Shown here in pieces: positions 26,308 through 39,066 of a stretch of 64,000 nt of DNA. The stretch is taken from assembly GCF_009914755.1 (NCBI RefSeq), contig NC_060928.1. One strand, given 5' to 3'. Each line of letters opens with the position of its first letter. Position 1 is the first letter of the stretch. Position numbers and translations under genes: made by a program. The notes beneath the pieces are model-generated. The model had not been told where the DNA came from. It did no database searches and saw only the letters and a list, made by a program, of their open reading frames with translations. Source of the stretch: the human T2T-CHM13v2.0 reference genome, Homo sapiens.

Positions 26308-27954
26308 GTCTCAGGATACAAAATCAATGTGCAAAAATCACAAGCATTCTTATACACCAATAACAGACAAACAGAGAGCCAAATCATGAGTGAACTCCCA
26401 TTCACAATTGCTTCAAAGAGAATAAAATACCTAGGAATCCAACTTACAAGGGATGTGAAGGACCTCTTCAAGGAGAACTACAAACCACTGCTCAACGAAA
26501 TAAAAGAGGATACAAACAAATGGAAGAACACTCCATGCTCATGGGTAGGAAGAACCAATATCGTGAAAATGGCCATACTGCCCAAGGTAATTTATAGATT
26601 CAATGCCATCCCCATCAAGATACCAATGACTTTCTTCACAGAATTGGAAAAAACTACTTTAAAGTTCATATGGAACCAAAAAAGAGCCCACATTGCCAGG
26701 TCAATCCTAAGCCAAAAGAATAAAGCTGGAGGCATCATGCTACCTGACTTCAAACTATACTACAAGGCTACAGTAACCAAAACAGCATGGTAGTGGTACC
26801 AAAACAGAGATATAGACCAATGGAACAGAACAGAGCCCTCAGAAATAATGCCGCATATCTACAACTATATGATCTTTGACAAACCTGACAAAAACAAGAA
26901 ATGGGGAAAGGATTCCCTATTTAACAAATGGTGCTGGGAAAACTGGCTAGCCATATGGAGAAAGCTGAAACTGGATCCCTTCCTTACACCTTATAAAAAA
27001 ATTAATTCAAGACGGATTAAAGACTTAAATGTTAGACCTAAAACCATAAAAACCCTAGAAGAAAACCTAGGCATTACCATTCAGGACATAGGCATGGGCA
27101 AGGACTTCATGTCTAAAACACCAAAAGCAATGGCAACAGAAGCCAAAATTGGCAAACGGGATCTAATTAAACTAAAGAGCTTCTGCGCAGCAAAAGAAAT
27201 TACCATCAGAGTGAACAGGCAACCTACAGAATGGGAGACTATTTTTGCAATCCACTCATCTGACAAAGGGCTAATATCCAGAATCTACAATGAACTCAAA
27301 CAAATTTACCAGAAAAAAACAAACAACCCCATCAAAAAGTGGGCGAAGGATATGAACAGACACTTCTCAAAAGAAGACATTTATGCAGCCAAAAGACACA
27401 TGAAAAAATGCTCATCATCACTGGCCATCAGAGAAATGCAAATCAAAACCACAATGAGATACCATCTCACATCAGTTAGAATGGCGATCACTAAAAAGTC
27501 AGGAAACAACAGGTGCTGGAGAGGATGTGGAGAAACAGGAACACTTTTACACTGTTGGTGGGACTGTAAACTAGTTCAACCATTGTGGAAATCAGTGTGG
27601 CGATTCCTTAGGGATCTAGAACTAGAAATACCATTTGACCCAGCCATCCCATTACTGGGTATATACCCAAAGGATTATAAATCATGCTGCTATAAAGACA
27701 CATGCACATGTGTGTTTACTGCTGCACTACTCACAATAGCAAAGACTTGGAACCAACCCAAATGTCCAACAATGATAGACTGGATTAAGAAAATGTGGCA
27801 CATATACAACATGGAATACTATGCAGCCATAAAAAATGATGAGTTCATGTCCTTTGTAGGGACATGGATGAAGCTGGAGACCATCATTCTCAGCAAACTA
27901 TCACAAGGGCAAAAAACCAAACACCATGTGTTCTCACTCATAGGTGGGAATTGA
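26308..27954 (+). pseudogene. L1 ORF2p C-terminal remnant (end of RT to C-terminal cysteine-rich domain), one in-frame stop at 26791
   Basis: ORF track 26104-26793 and 26848-27954: [44 protein letters not shown]. Confidence 0.95.
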
Positions 27955-28162
27955 ACAATGAGAACACATGGACACAGGAAGGGGAACATCACACACTGGG
28001 GCCTGTTGTGGGGTTGGGGGAAGAGGGAGGGATAGCATTAGGAGATATACCTAATGCTAAATGACGAGTTAATGGGTGCAGCACACTAACATGGCACAAG
28101 TGTACATATGTAACAAAGCTGCACGTTGTGCACATGTACCCTAAAACTTAAAGTATAATAAA
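26308..28162 (+). mobile_element. 5'-truncated L1PA (L1PA3/4-like)
   Basis: ORF2 3' part, 3'UTR (ctaatgctaaatgacgag), short A tail; perfect 15-bp TSD aaaaatccattagaa (26293-26307, 28163-28177). Confidence 0.97.
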
Positions 28163-28476
28163 AAAAATCCATTAGAAAATTATTTATATTTTTCCAAATA
28201 TTTTATTCAATAAATAATAGTTTCAAATGAGATGATTATGATCTTTTTCATAGTTATTTAATAAACCTCTATGTTTCCTATGCAAAAGTAATTTTATATT
28301 TTACACTACTGCTTTGTTTGGCATTAAAATTTTTTTAAATCCACCTTAGTTTTAGTAATACCACAGAATATCTGACATTAATTCTGTTCTTAATATGTTT
28401 TATGAGTTTCAATGATTAGTAAACTGATAGCTTGATTTTATTGTGAAACACCTTGTTATTTCTCCCTCCACCCTTC

Positions 28477-28911
28477 TGATAGTGCTTGGATATTTGTCTT
28501 AGCATAAATCTCATGCTGAAATGTAATCCCTAGTATTGGTGGTGAGGCCTAGTGGGAGGTTATTGGATCTTGGGGGCAGATTTCTTATGAAAAGTTTAGC
28601 TCCATCTTCTTGGTGCTGTTTTTACTATAGTAAATGAGTTCTCACAAGATTGGTCATATAAGTGTGTGGCATCCCTTCTGCCCCTACTCTCTCTCTCTCT
28701 CTTGCTCCTACTTCACCATGTGACGTGTCTGCTTCCCCTTTGCCTTCTGCCATAATTGTAAGCTTCCTGCGGCCTCCCTAGAAGATGAGCAGATGCCAGC
28801 ACTCTGCTTCCTAGAAATCCTACAGAACTATTAGCCAATCAAACCTCTTTTCTTTATAAATGACCTAGTTTCATGTATTTCTTTATAGCAATGCAAGAAT
28901 GCCCTAATACA
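28477..28911 (+). mobile_element. MSTA-like solo LTR
   Basis: tgatag..ttggatattt start, gagcagatgccagca, ctttatagcaatgcaagaa...ctaataca end. Confidence 0.9.
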
Positions 28912-29469
28912 TCTTACTTCCCCCATTTAGGCAAAAATTGTGCCTTCTGTTTTTTAATGCCCTAATAATAGGGTTTATAATGCTGGAAAAAGGCATATAA
29001 TAGTATCTAAATTTTTAGTTTTGGTTGCTTAAGTAGATCTTTTGTGTAATGACAATGGAGACAGTGGTCTTCAAAATCATACTTTTCGAGTAAAAATTTC
29101 AAATGTTTTAGAGAAAAATGTTTTTTGTAAGTAAAATTCCCTTTAGATATGGACTCTGTAGCATAGCTCTATGGCTAGTCTAGGGTCCATTTGCATGTTT
29201 GGTTAACTGACTCTTGCTCAAGTTCCTAAGTTCTAAGTCTGGGAATATCGTAGCCCATATGCTTTGGACTGGGAAGACTAAAAGCCTGAATAAAGCCCAA
29301 ACTCATGCCTATATGTTTTTAATCTACTGCATACCACACTCTTACTGTATAATGAAACATGCTAAGATTGATGACATATATTTAGCCTAGATGAGATACT
29401 GAGACAGTTTCTGCCACTTTCCTGCCTCTTATCTAATCTTTTCTCTCTTTCTCCATTCTTCCCTCAAAT

Positions 29470-29503
29470 ACACAAACACACACACACACACACACATTCA
29501 CAC
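29470..29503 (+). repeat. (CA)n microsatellite
   Basis: Direct. Confidence 0.95.
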
Positions 29504-29748
29504 AATCATTAAGACTGTGAACTACTCAGCTCTAATAACTAGAATTGAAGTACTTATTCACTCAGATTTCAGGAGTGATGGCTACTAAAAATTCACAGTT
29601 TATATCACCTCCAAGACTTATCTTTAGCCAAAGAAGCTGCCTCACATAAGTTTTCCTCACGTCTGTCGGTAGTTTGCATCTAAAGGTTTTCCAATTTAAG
29701 GAGAAAAACAGCCTGGTCTATTATCTTAATGTGTGACAACTATGAGAG

Positions 29749-29955
29749 TAGACTTTTCAGAAAGATTACAAGACACTCAGTTAAATTTTAATTTCAGATA
29801 AACAACAAACAATTATGGGACATAAGTGTGTCCAGACAATATTTAGTACATACTTAAACTAAAATATATCCTTGCAATAAAGTAATTGTTTATCAGAAAT
29901 TCAGATATAATGTGGAATCCTGTATTTTTTTATTTGCTAAATCTGGCAACACTAT
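29749..29955. mobile_element. MER53 palindromic hAT MITE inserted in the LTR16
   Basis: cagttaaattttaatttcagataaacaac...ttgtttatcagaaattca...tttgctaaatctggcaacacta inverted arms. Confidence 0.85.
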
Positions 29956-32266
29956 CTGAAAAGCTATGTCAGAGATTTCTGCCCCATCTTACTTCCCTCA
30001 CTCTCAGGCAGGTGTTATTTCAGTGAACTCACCTCAATAAACTACCTTCATTCTAATAACTATCTCAGAGTTTGTTTCCCAGGGAACCTTATCTATGTCA
30101 GTTGATGCTAATTATGTTCCAAAAAATAAGACTCTGAAATTAAATTTTTGGAACTGAAGCATCTGCCTACCAGCTGGCAGTGAAAACCCTATGACTGGCA
30201 GTAGTCGGGGTACTAAGAACTTCTGACATGCAATCATTAGAATTTCTCTGGTAACATACCAGTATGGGATACTATTAGAAAAAGCAAAACAAAACAAAAT
30301 AAATTCTTGTTGAAATATCTCAGATCTGGGGCATTTTAGAAATTCAGGAGAAATAGTAACTATAAGGACAGTGGAATACGATAGCTATTGCTAAGAGCCA
30401 TTTATACATAGGGATTTAAAAAGAGCTAAGAAAGGCTCAGAGTGATTAATCACTAATTTAAGGCAACACATCACATAAGTACATACAAACAATCATCTCC
30501 CATGTCTGGAGGGTAGGTAAAGCTAACAATCAGACCTGAGTCTTAATTAGAAGAATAATAAAAGTACAGAAAATTCAACAATCTAAATCCTGAGTGTTAT
30601 GTCGAGAAGACTATGACTGAAAAAAAAAAGGATGATAAGACATAGAATAGTGAAACCTTGGTCAGAAATCTGAATCCCCAGAGTTTTACCCCTCAGGGCC
30701 TAAAAATATGAATTTTATTGTCTGAAAGCTAGTCCTTTTCCCTTGCTTCAAAGAAATGCAGAAACCTCTGCCTTATAACACCTGTGTCTTCTCAAGATGT
30801 ATCCCAATCTCCCTAACAACCACTAGACCAATATGTAAAGATTGGTTTCAATATAAACTGTCCAAAAAGGTGCTACTAGTAAGTATTCTACTATAAGACG
30901 TAAGGGACTATACTTCAGAGAAGATGTAGCACCTAGCCAATATGTACTGTTAGGATCTAGGAGCATGTACATGGAACAGAGTCCTATAGAGATTAGACCA
31001 CAACTGGATGAATATAAAGTATAATAAAGAAAGTCTATTACTATGAAAGGACTCCTCCTTGTTAAGAATTTAATACCATGAATAAAATCTTGTAATATAG
31101 GACTAACATCCTATTAGTATGGCTTTTGGAAGATTGGAGAAAGTGATGGTTCACACAAAGTAAAGTAGAAATGCCAGAATTTTCATGTTAGGTGGGTCAA
31201 GGTAAACATGAAAAGGCTCAATGAAGTTGGCAGGCTAAAGTAGTTGTATTATTGCCGACTACTTTCCCCAAAAGGGCCTACATATTTCTCCATTTATCAA
31301 TGTGATAAGGAATGCATTGTGAGAAGGTCACCATCATCATTGGATCAATGGTATATCCCTACAAAGGACATGGTTGATAGTAGTTCCTTGATAACAATGA
31401 GGGTGCTTGGATCTCAGAATAACAGAGTTAGGATTGCAGCACTTAACTATCAGAAAACAGATAAGCAAAACTATTGAAATAGGAAAATAAATTCATTAGA
31501 ATGGAAACCAAAATCCAGTTTCAAAACTATGGAAATTGTTGGTAGAACATAGCCTTCCTATGAACAGAGTAAACAAGCAACCTTTAAGTCTCTTCTCAAT
31601 TTATGCAACCAAAGAAATGAAGTGTACATGATTATAATTCAAAGAGCAGCCTATATAATGAAAAATCATATTTCCCCACACAGTTTTCAGACATGTGTCA
31701 CTTTTAAAATCCAGAACCCATTTGTGGAAGAAGAGGCCAGTTTCCCATGAGAAAACAATTTGCCACTACAGCAAGTTTATACAGTAATGATTACTAATGT
31801 TCTTTCCCATAAAAGGCATATGGTAATTTATTCTAACTGTAAATTGAGGAAAGGGAAATACCAAGACATTTCAAGAATTCCTACACACAGATCTAATTTG
31901 ACATTGGTATTCAAATATGCCAAGCATTTTTACAGCCCTCATGTTAGTGGGGGACTTGCAAAAATAGAATCTTGTCTTATGTCTAGTTCAAAGAAGGTCC
32001 ATTGAGTCCATGGACCACTCAGTGATGATTCCCCTGATCTCTTGAGTGAACAGTATAACAGAGGCAATTGGTAATTTTTAGAACCCCAATATTGGTCTGT
32101 TAAGTAAGAGCTATCATGACTGGAAAGATCAAATAAAAGCTGTTGAGCTGATCCGTGGCTCTGTCAAGACAATAAGGTGAAAGCAATGTTGCATCTCAAA
32201 AGAAATGGCAGAACATCCTTAAGTATTCAAGTTGTGCAGTGATGTTCATCCCCATTATCTCCCCCC

Positions 32267-32640
32267 TTTAATTCCCAAATTTGGCCATGACAAAAGCCAG
32301 ATGAACCCTAGACAATGACAATGGGCTACTGAATATTCAACCAGCTAGTGATCAAATATAATATCTTTGCTACATCTCAGTAATATAATCCAAGGTATGT
32401 GATATATGACCATTGATCTGGGTTGTGTATTGTTTACCATTATGAAGGGAAATTGTACTAGAAAGCAGTTTTCATCGATCTAGGATGAACTACAGAATAT
32501 ATTTTATTTGTCCCAGAGCTATATTAACTCTTCTGCCCACTGTCATAATACAGTTCAAAGGGAACTATAACATCTGTACACTGTGCACAATATTACATTA
32601 TCTTGGTCTATTGATGACATTATGATAATTGGACTATACT
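32267..32640 (+). pseudogene. ERVL reverse transcriptase remnant
   Basis: Hand translation: FNSQIWP*QKPD (32267), LSQSYINSSAHCHN (~32508, cf. LPQGYINSPALCHN), SIDDIMIIG (32607, YxDD motif); many stops. Confidence 0.8.
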
Positions 32641-34278
32641 TGCATTAGTACAAAGTGATAGGAACACTGAAGTCCTGATAACACACAAGGATCCCTAAGG
32701 ATAGGTAATAAATTCCACAAAACCTAAGGACTCATTAGATCAATGAAGTGTATTAATGGGTTTAATAGTCTGGGGCATGCTAAAATATGCCCCACAGAGA
32801 GATGGAATAAATTATCAAATTAATGCATCTCATATGTCTCACCACTTTTTAAAAAATATACAACCAAAACACTTTCTTCCCAACTCACACTTATGGCTAC
32901 ATGGTCTGAGGTTATTCATGTCAACCTGATGAAAATGAGTAACGTCCATGATTGGTTCACAAAGAAGTTGGCTACATATTTGGATGCAAGATGAAAATAG
33001 ACTATTATTGCTTTTCTGTACTATTCAGAGGTGGCCCTGTAATACTGCATTGAGGGGAAATCTTCTCAAGGATTAGATGTTCAGGACATGTACCTCATCA
33101 TCTACTTTGTATAAAAAGAAAATCCAGTATTAGAATATACATAAACTCATGGACAGTGTCAAGTTGCTAAGCCCCATGAACAGGCTCTTAAAGGAATAAA
33201 GATTAAAAGTTAAAGGACAAAAAGTTCTGTAGAAGAAGCATGTGCACAGACTTTGGGAGCACACATGGATTGTGAAGATCTTTGTATTGAATACTAAAGG
33301 CCATAAAATAAGTTATTTTTTAAAAATGCTTTTAAAAAGCAACTACATAGTTGCTTTTAACATCAGCCAGTTTCTTTCATTGGGTATCTCCAATGCTGAT
33401 ATACTGGGCTCATAAGAAGAGCACCATAGTGACAAGGATGGAATCTGTAGATAAACTTAATAGCATAAACTTGCATTCAATAATGACAGCCAACTTACTA
33501 TTGCTGTTTAATACCCAAGCAAATAGCTCAACACTGAGCTGTAAAGGCAACATCATTGCTCAAAGAGAGCAACCAGTGCCTTGATTACAGGTTGGTACAT
33601 CAGGCCCATTCCACTCTGAAAGGAAAAGAGATACTGAATGAACAGCATATTCTCTGGGTATGGGATTGCCTTCCTTGACCACAGAGCTTTAGAGATCACC
33701 ACTACCCAAAGGTTTATTGAGTGTATATTCCACCGACACACAACCCTGAAAAATATCACATAAGAGCAAAGGACACATTACATCAAATGAATTGTGATGA
33801 CATACACAGGATCTTGGAACTCACTTGTCCTATTACATAACATGCCATCCAGAAGTTTCCAATCAGCTAGAATGATGGAAAGGCTTTTGAAGAGTAAACT
33901 GACATGTCATCTTGGAAACGATTCCATCAGTAGCTTGGAAGTCATCTTCAAAAGTGCAGTTTACAGCTTAATCAATGACCATTATATGGTGTTTTATCTC
34001 TAACAGGCAAAAACACATGGTCCCAGGAACAAAATAATGTTACTAGAAGTAATATTTTTACCTTAATTCTCAGTGAACCATTTAGGTAATTTGTGTTTGC
34101 CATACCTGGAATTCTAGAATTTGCACATCTAGAGTTCTTGTTCCCAGAGAAAATACTACTACCACCAGACACAGCAATAATCCCATTATATTGTAAATTT
34201 TGTGTCTTCTGGTCACTTTGGGCTTTTCAATGATGCCAAGAAATAAGAAAGCATGGAAAGGAATAAACATCCTGGCAG

Positions 34279-35327
34279 TATCGGGGGAAACCACCCCTAA
34301 TATTTCAATATAGGTTCTTTCTATTTTCCCTAAGTGTTGGCCTGTCTGAGAAATAAAGAGAAAGAGTATAAAGAGAGGAATTTTACAGCTGGGCCGCCAG
34401 GGGTGACATCACATATCGGTAGGTCCGTGATACCCACCTGAGCCGCAAAACCAGCAAGTTTTTATTAGGCATTTTAAAAGGGGAGGGGATGTATGAACAG
34501 GGAGTAGGTCACAAAGATCACATGCTTCAAAGGGCAAAAGGGACAACAAAGATCACATGCTTCTGAGGAAACAGGGCAAGGACAAAGCAAAGATCACAAG
34601 GCACAGGGCAAAATTAGAATTACCGATGAGGGTCTATGTTCAGCTGTGCACGTATTGTCTTGATAAACATCTTAAACAACAGAAAACAGGGTTCGAGAGC
34701 AGAGAACCCATCTGACCTCAAATATACCAGGGAGTGGTTTTTCCCCACCCTAGTAAGCCAGAGGGTAGTACAGGAGACCAGGGTATATTTCAGTCCTTAT
34801 CTCAACCACATAAGACAGACACTCCTAGAAGAGCCCATTTATAGACCTCCCCCCAGGAATGCAATTCTTTTCCTAGGGTCTTAATATTGTATTCCTTGCT
34901 AGGAAAGGAATTTAGTGATATATCTTCTACTTGCACATCCATTTATAGGCTCTCTGCAAGAAGAAAAATATGGCTCTATTCTGCCCGACCCCGCAGGCAG
35001 TCAGACCTTATGGTTGTCTTCCCTTGTACCCTGAAAATTGCTGTTATTCTGTTCTTTTTCAAGGTGCACTGATTTCATATTGTTCAAACACACATGCTCC
35101 ACAATCAATTTGTACAGTTAACACAATCATCACAGTGTACCTGAGGTGACGTACACCCTCAGCTTATGAAGACAACATGATTAAGAGATTAAAGTAAGAC
35201 AGGCATAAGAAATTATAAGAGTATTATTAGAGCAGTGATAAATGTCCATGAAATCTTCACAATTTATGTTTCCTCTGCCACGGCTCCAGCAGGTCTCTCC
35301 GTTCAGGGTCCCTGACTTCCCACAACA
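34279..35327 (-). mobile_element. MER11 (HERV-K11/HML-8) solo LTR
   Basis: Ends gggtccctgacttcccacaaca; ~1.05 kb; perfect 6-bp TSD tggcag (34273-34278, 35328-35333). Confidence 0.95.
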
Positions 35328-35555
35328 TGGCAGGAGTAATTTTCTCTTATCATTTCTATGAGGTGGGACATCTGATTTACAATAGAACAAAGAAGAATAC
35401 ATGGGCACCCAGGTGATCCACTGGGAGTCTCCTTTTACTTCCTTTTCTAAATCCAATAGTCAGTAGACATGCCTAACAGCTTAAGAAAAATATAACAACT
35501 AAAGCCTTAGAGCTCTCAGGAATAGGTATCTGAGACACGTCATCATGTAGGCCAT

Positions 35556-36025
35556 TGTGTTAATTCGAATTTTCTAAGAAGCATACAGCAAGAAGAAATA
35601 CAATATACCAAGGCTCTTTTTTTTTGAGAAGTTGAAGAATAATCTTGTGAAGGTTAAAGGAGAGAGGTTAAAAAACCATTAATATCATTATTTGAGTCTA
35701 ATACATAAGAAGAAGTAAGACAGCAAAGAAAGATAATGCAGGAAGAGCCTCAAGGAGTAGTAGAGCTACAAAAAGGCCTCAATAGTCTAATGGGGAGCTC
35801 CTAAGCAATTAGCAGTGATGACATTTCAGAGGAATCTCCCCTCACCCAGCTTAAGCACCCCAGTTATTACCAATCATTTGAGAAAGGAGTGGAGAGAGTG
35901 TGGCTTAAGTGTGAATACTGAAGTGGAAGCGAAGGTAAGGTGGCTTAAAGTTGTCAGGCAACTGCCTTAGTATATTGGGTCCTCTTGAAGACACAATTGA
36001 GTAATACCTCTCCATGCTTGCCACA
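35556..36025 (-). mobile_element. LTR16-family solo LTR, antisense, inside the ERVL interior
   Basis: ggaagagcctca...atggggagctcc..gcaa...gagagtgtggctt...ctccatgcttgccaca. Confidence 0.6.
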
Positions 36026-36849
36026 GATCTGGACCAGCAGAGGTACTAGCTAAAAGGGAAGGAAATCTAGAATGAGTTGTGAAGGAGGAAAAGGATTAGT
36101 ATTAGCTGCAGCCTGAGATTAATTGCAGTGACAGGGTCTCTAGCTCATCCTGCCAAATATTTTTGAGTTTTCACAGAAAAAGAGAATAACCACAGAATCT
36201 TTGAGCTGTTTGCAGATGTGTGAATTTATTATATGAATCAATGCATCAAGTGACGTAGGGGTACACTTAGTGATTGCTGCAGGTGTCTCAAGATTCCCAT
36301 TCTGGGATAGAGGCACTTATTTCCACGATTCAGAAAGAAATAGCTTACAGTTCACAACTGTATCTATCCTTCTCCATGAATAGTCTTTGCCCAAAGAGTT
36401 AAGCAAATCTCCATTTCTGAGTCTATTTCCTGCAGAATTCAACCTTCTGTACATAAAGATACACAGATGATAGATGTATATATGTACAGATACATAGTAC
36501 ACTTACACAAATATATAACATGAGGACAATCATGAAAAAGCAAGTTTGAATTTGCAGGAGTCCTGAAATAATTCTCATACTCAGATTTATGATCTGAATT
36601 CCTGTTGAATAACGATTTGTGTGTTTGATCCCTTACTTTAAGAATTATTGCTATTTATAATACTTTGAATTGATGTATTTTTTTCAGAGCTCTGACTAGG
36701 TCTAGCATAGCAAGAAGCTAGCTCTTTTAATTGTATTTAAAAGTGTTACCATTATGTGCGTGTGCAGCAGTTTTTCTTACTTTTCTATTTCTGTATTTCC
36801 TTCTCCTCAACATGTCATTTTATTCTATTATGTTGCAGTTGCTTATAAA

Positions 36850-36962
36850 AAAACAACTTCATTGGCATATAATAAACTGAGCATACATAAAGCATACAAT
36901 TTGATATATGTTCACGTATAAATATACCTGAAACAATCACCACAATCAATATAATGAAAATA
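36850..36962 (-). mobile_element. L1M 3'-terminal fragment
   Basis: caacttcattg...tacaatttgat...tgaaacaatcaccacaatcaa. Confidence 0.6.
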
Positions 36963-39066
36963 TCATATTAAATGGGGAAAAGTTGAAAGCATTTCTCCTG
37001 AGAGCTGAAATAAGACAAAGAAATCCATACTCACCACTTCTGTTCAACATAGCACTGGAAGTCTTAGCCAGAGCAATCAGGCAAGAGAAAGGAATAAGCA
37101 TTCAAATTGGAAAAGAGGAAGTCAGACTATTAGTGTTCACCAGTGATATGATCATATACCTAGGAAACCCTAAAGACTCCTCCAAAAGACTCTAGATTTG
37201 ATAAACAAATTCATTAAATTCTCAGGTTACAAAATTAATGTACACAAATCAGTAGCACTACTACCTACCAACAACCATGCTGAGAATCAAATCAAGAACT
37301 CAATGCCTTTAATAATAGCTGTAAAAAACCTAGGAATATTCTTAACCAAGGAGGTAGAAGATCTCTGCAAATAGAACTATAAAACAGTGCTGAAAGACAT
37401 CATAGATGACACAAACAAATAAAAACACTTCCTGTGCTCATGAATTGGAAGAATCAATATCACAAAAATGACCATACTGCCCAAAGCAAAATACAGATTC
37501 AATGCAATTTCTATTAAAATCGCAGCATTATTTTTTGGAGAATTAGAAAAAAAACCCTAAAATCCATATGGAACCCAAAAAAGAGCCTGAATAGTCAAGG
37601 CAATCCAAAACAAAAAGAACAAATCTGGAGGCATCACATAACCTTACTTCAAATTATGCTACATGGTTATAGAAACCAAAATAGCATGGTACTGGTATAA
37701 AAGTTGACACATAGACCAATGGAAGAGACTAGAGAGCCCAGAAATAAAGCCAAACTTACAACCAACTAATCATTAACAAAGTATACAAAAACATTCATTG
37801 GGGAAAAGACATCCTATGTAATAAATGGTGCTGGGAAAACTGGATAGCCACATGTAGAAGAATGAAACTGGATTCCTGTCTCTCATCGTGTACAAAAATC
37901 AACTCTACATAGATTAAAGACTTAAATCTAAGACCTGAAACTGTAAAACTTCTGGAGATAACCTAGGAAAATCTCTTCTGAAGATTGGCCTAGGCAAAGA
38001 ATTTATGACTAAGATCACAAAAGCAAACACAACTAAAACAAAAATAAATAAATGGGGCCTAATTAAACTAAAAAGGCTCCACACAGAAAAATAAATAATC
38101 ATCAGAGTAAAGAGACAACGTAGAGAATAAAATAAAATATTTGCATACTCTGCATCTGACAAGGGATTAATATTAAGGATCTAAAAGGATCTCAGCAAAT
38201 CAGAAAAAAAAGTAAAAAGAAAAAATCTCATCAAAATGTGGGCAAATCACATGAATAAACAGCTCTCAAAATAAGATAGACAAATTGTTAACGAACATAT
38301 GAACAAATGCTCAACATCATTCATCTTCAGGGAAATGCAAATTAAAACCTCATTGAGATACCACATTACCCCTTCAAGAATGGCCATTAATATAAAGTGT
38401 CAAAAAACAATAAATGTGGTGTGGATGTGGAATTATACACTGCTAGTGGAAATGTAAATTACTAAAACATCTGTGGAAAACAGTATGGACATTTTTAAAA
38501 GAACTTAAAGTAGATCTACCATTCTATCCAGGAATCCCACTACCAGGTATCTTCCCAAAGGAAAATAAGTCATTACATCAAAAAGACACCTGCATGTGTA
38601 TGTTTAGTGCAGCACAATTAAAAATTGCAAAGGTATGGGACAAACCTAAGTGCTCATAGACCAGTGAATGGATAGAGAAAAGGTGATATGTATACACCAT
38701 AGAATACTACTTAGCCATAAAAGAGAGTATAACAATGCCCTTTGTAGCAACTCGGATGAAGCTGGAGGTCATTATTCTAAGTGAAGTAACTCAGGAATGG
38801 AAAACCAAATACTGTATATTCTCACTTACAAGTGGGAGCTATGCTAAGGATACCCAAAGGCATACACAGTGGTAGAATGGACTTTGGAGACTCAGAATGG
38901 GGATGGTGGGAGTGGAGTGAGAGGTAAAAAATTACATATGGGGAACAAAGTACACTACTAAGGGGATGGGTGCAATAATATATCAGACTTTACCACTATA
39001 CAATTCATCCATGGGACAAAAAAACTCACTCAAACCAAAAGCTATTGAAATTAAAAAAAAAAAAAG
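36963..39066 (+). mobile_element. 5'-truncated L1PB (L1PB4-like)
   Basis: Frameshifted ORF2 ([20 protein letters not shown]), 3'UTR ggactttggagactcagaa...aagctattgaaat, poly-A. Confidence 0.93.

Larger units (their letters stand above)
29516..36450 (+). mobile_element. Decayed ERVL provirus (LTR16-type LTRs with ERV3-16A3-like interior)
   Basis: LTR-like ends 29516-30100 and ~36267-36450 share gcacttatt/gtacttatt and ctcagagtttgtttccc/ctgagtctatttcc; pol remnants inside; purine-rich tract before the 3' LTR. Confidence 0.75.
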
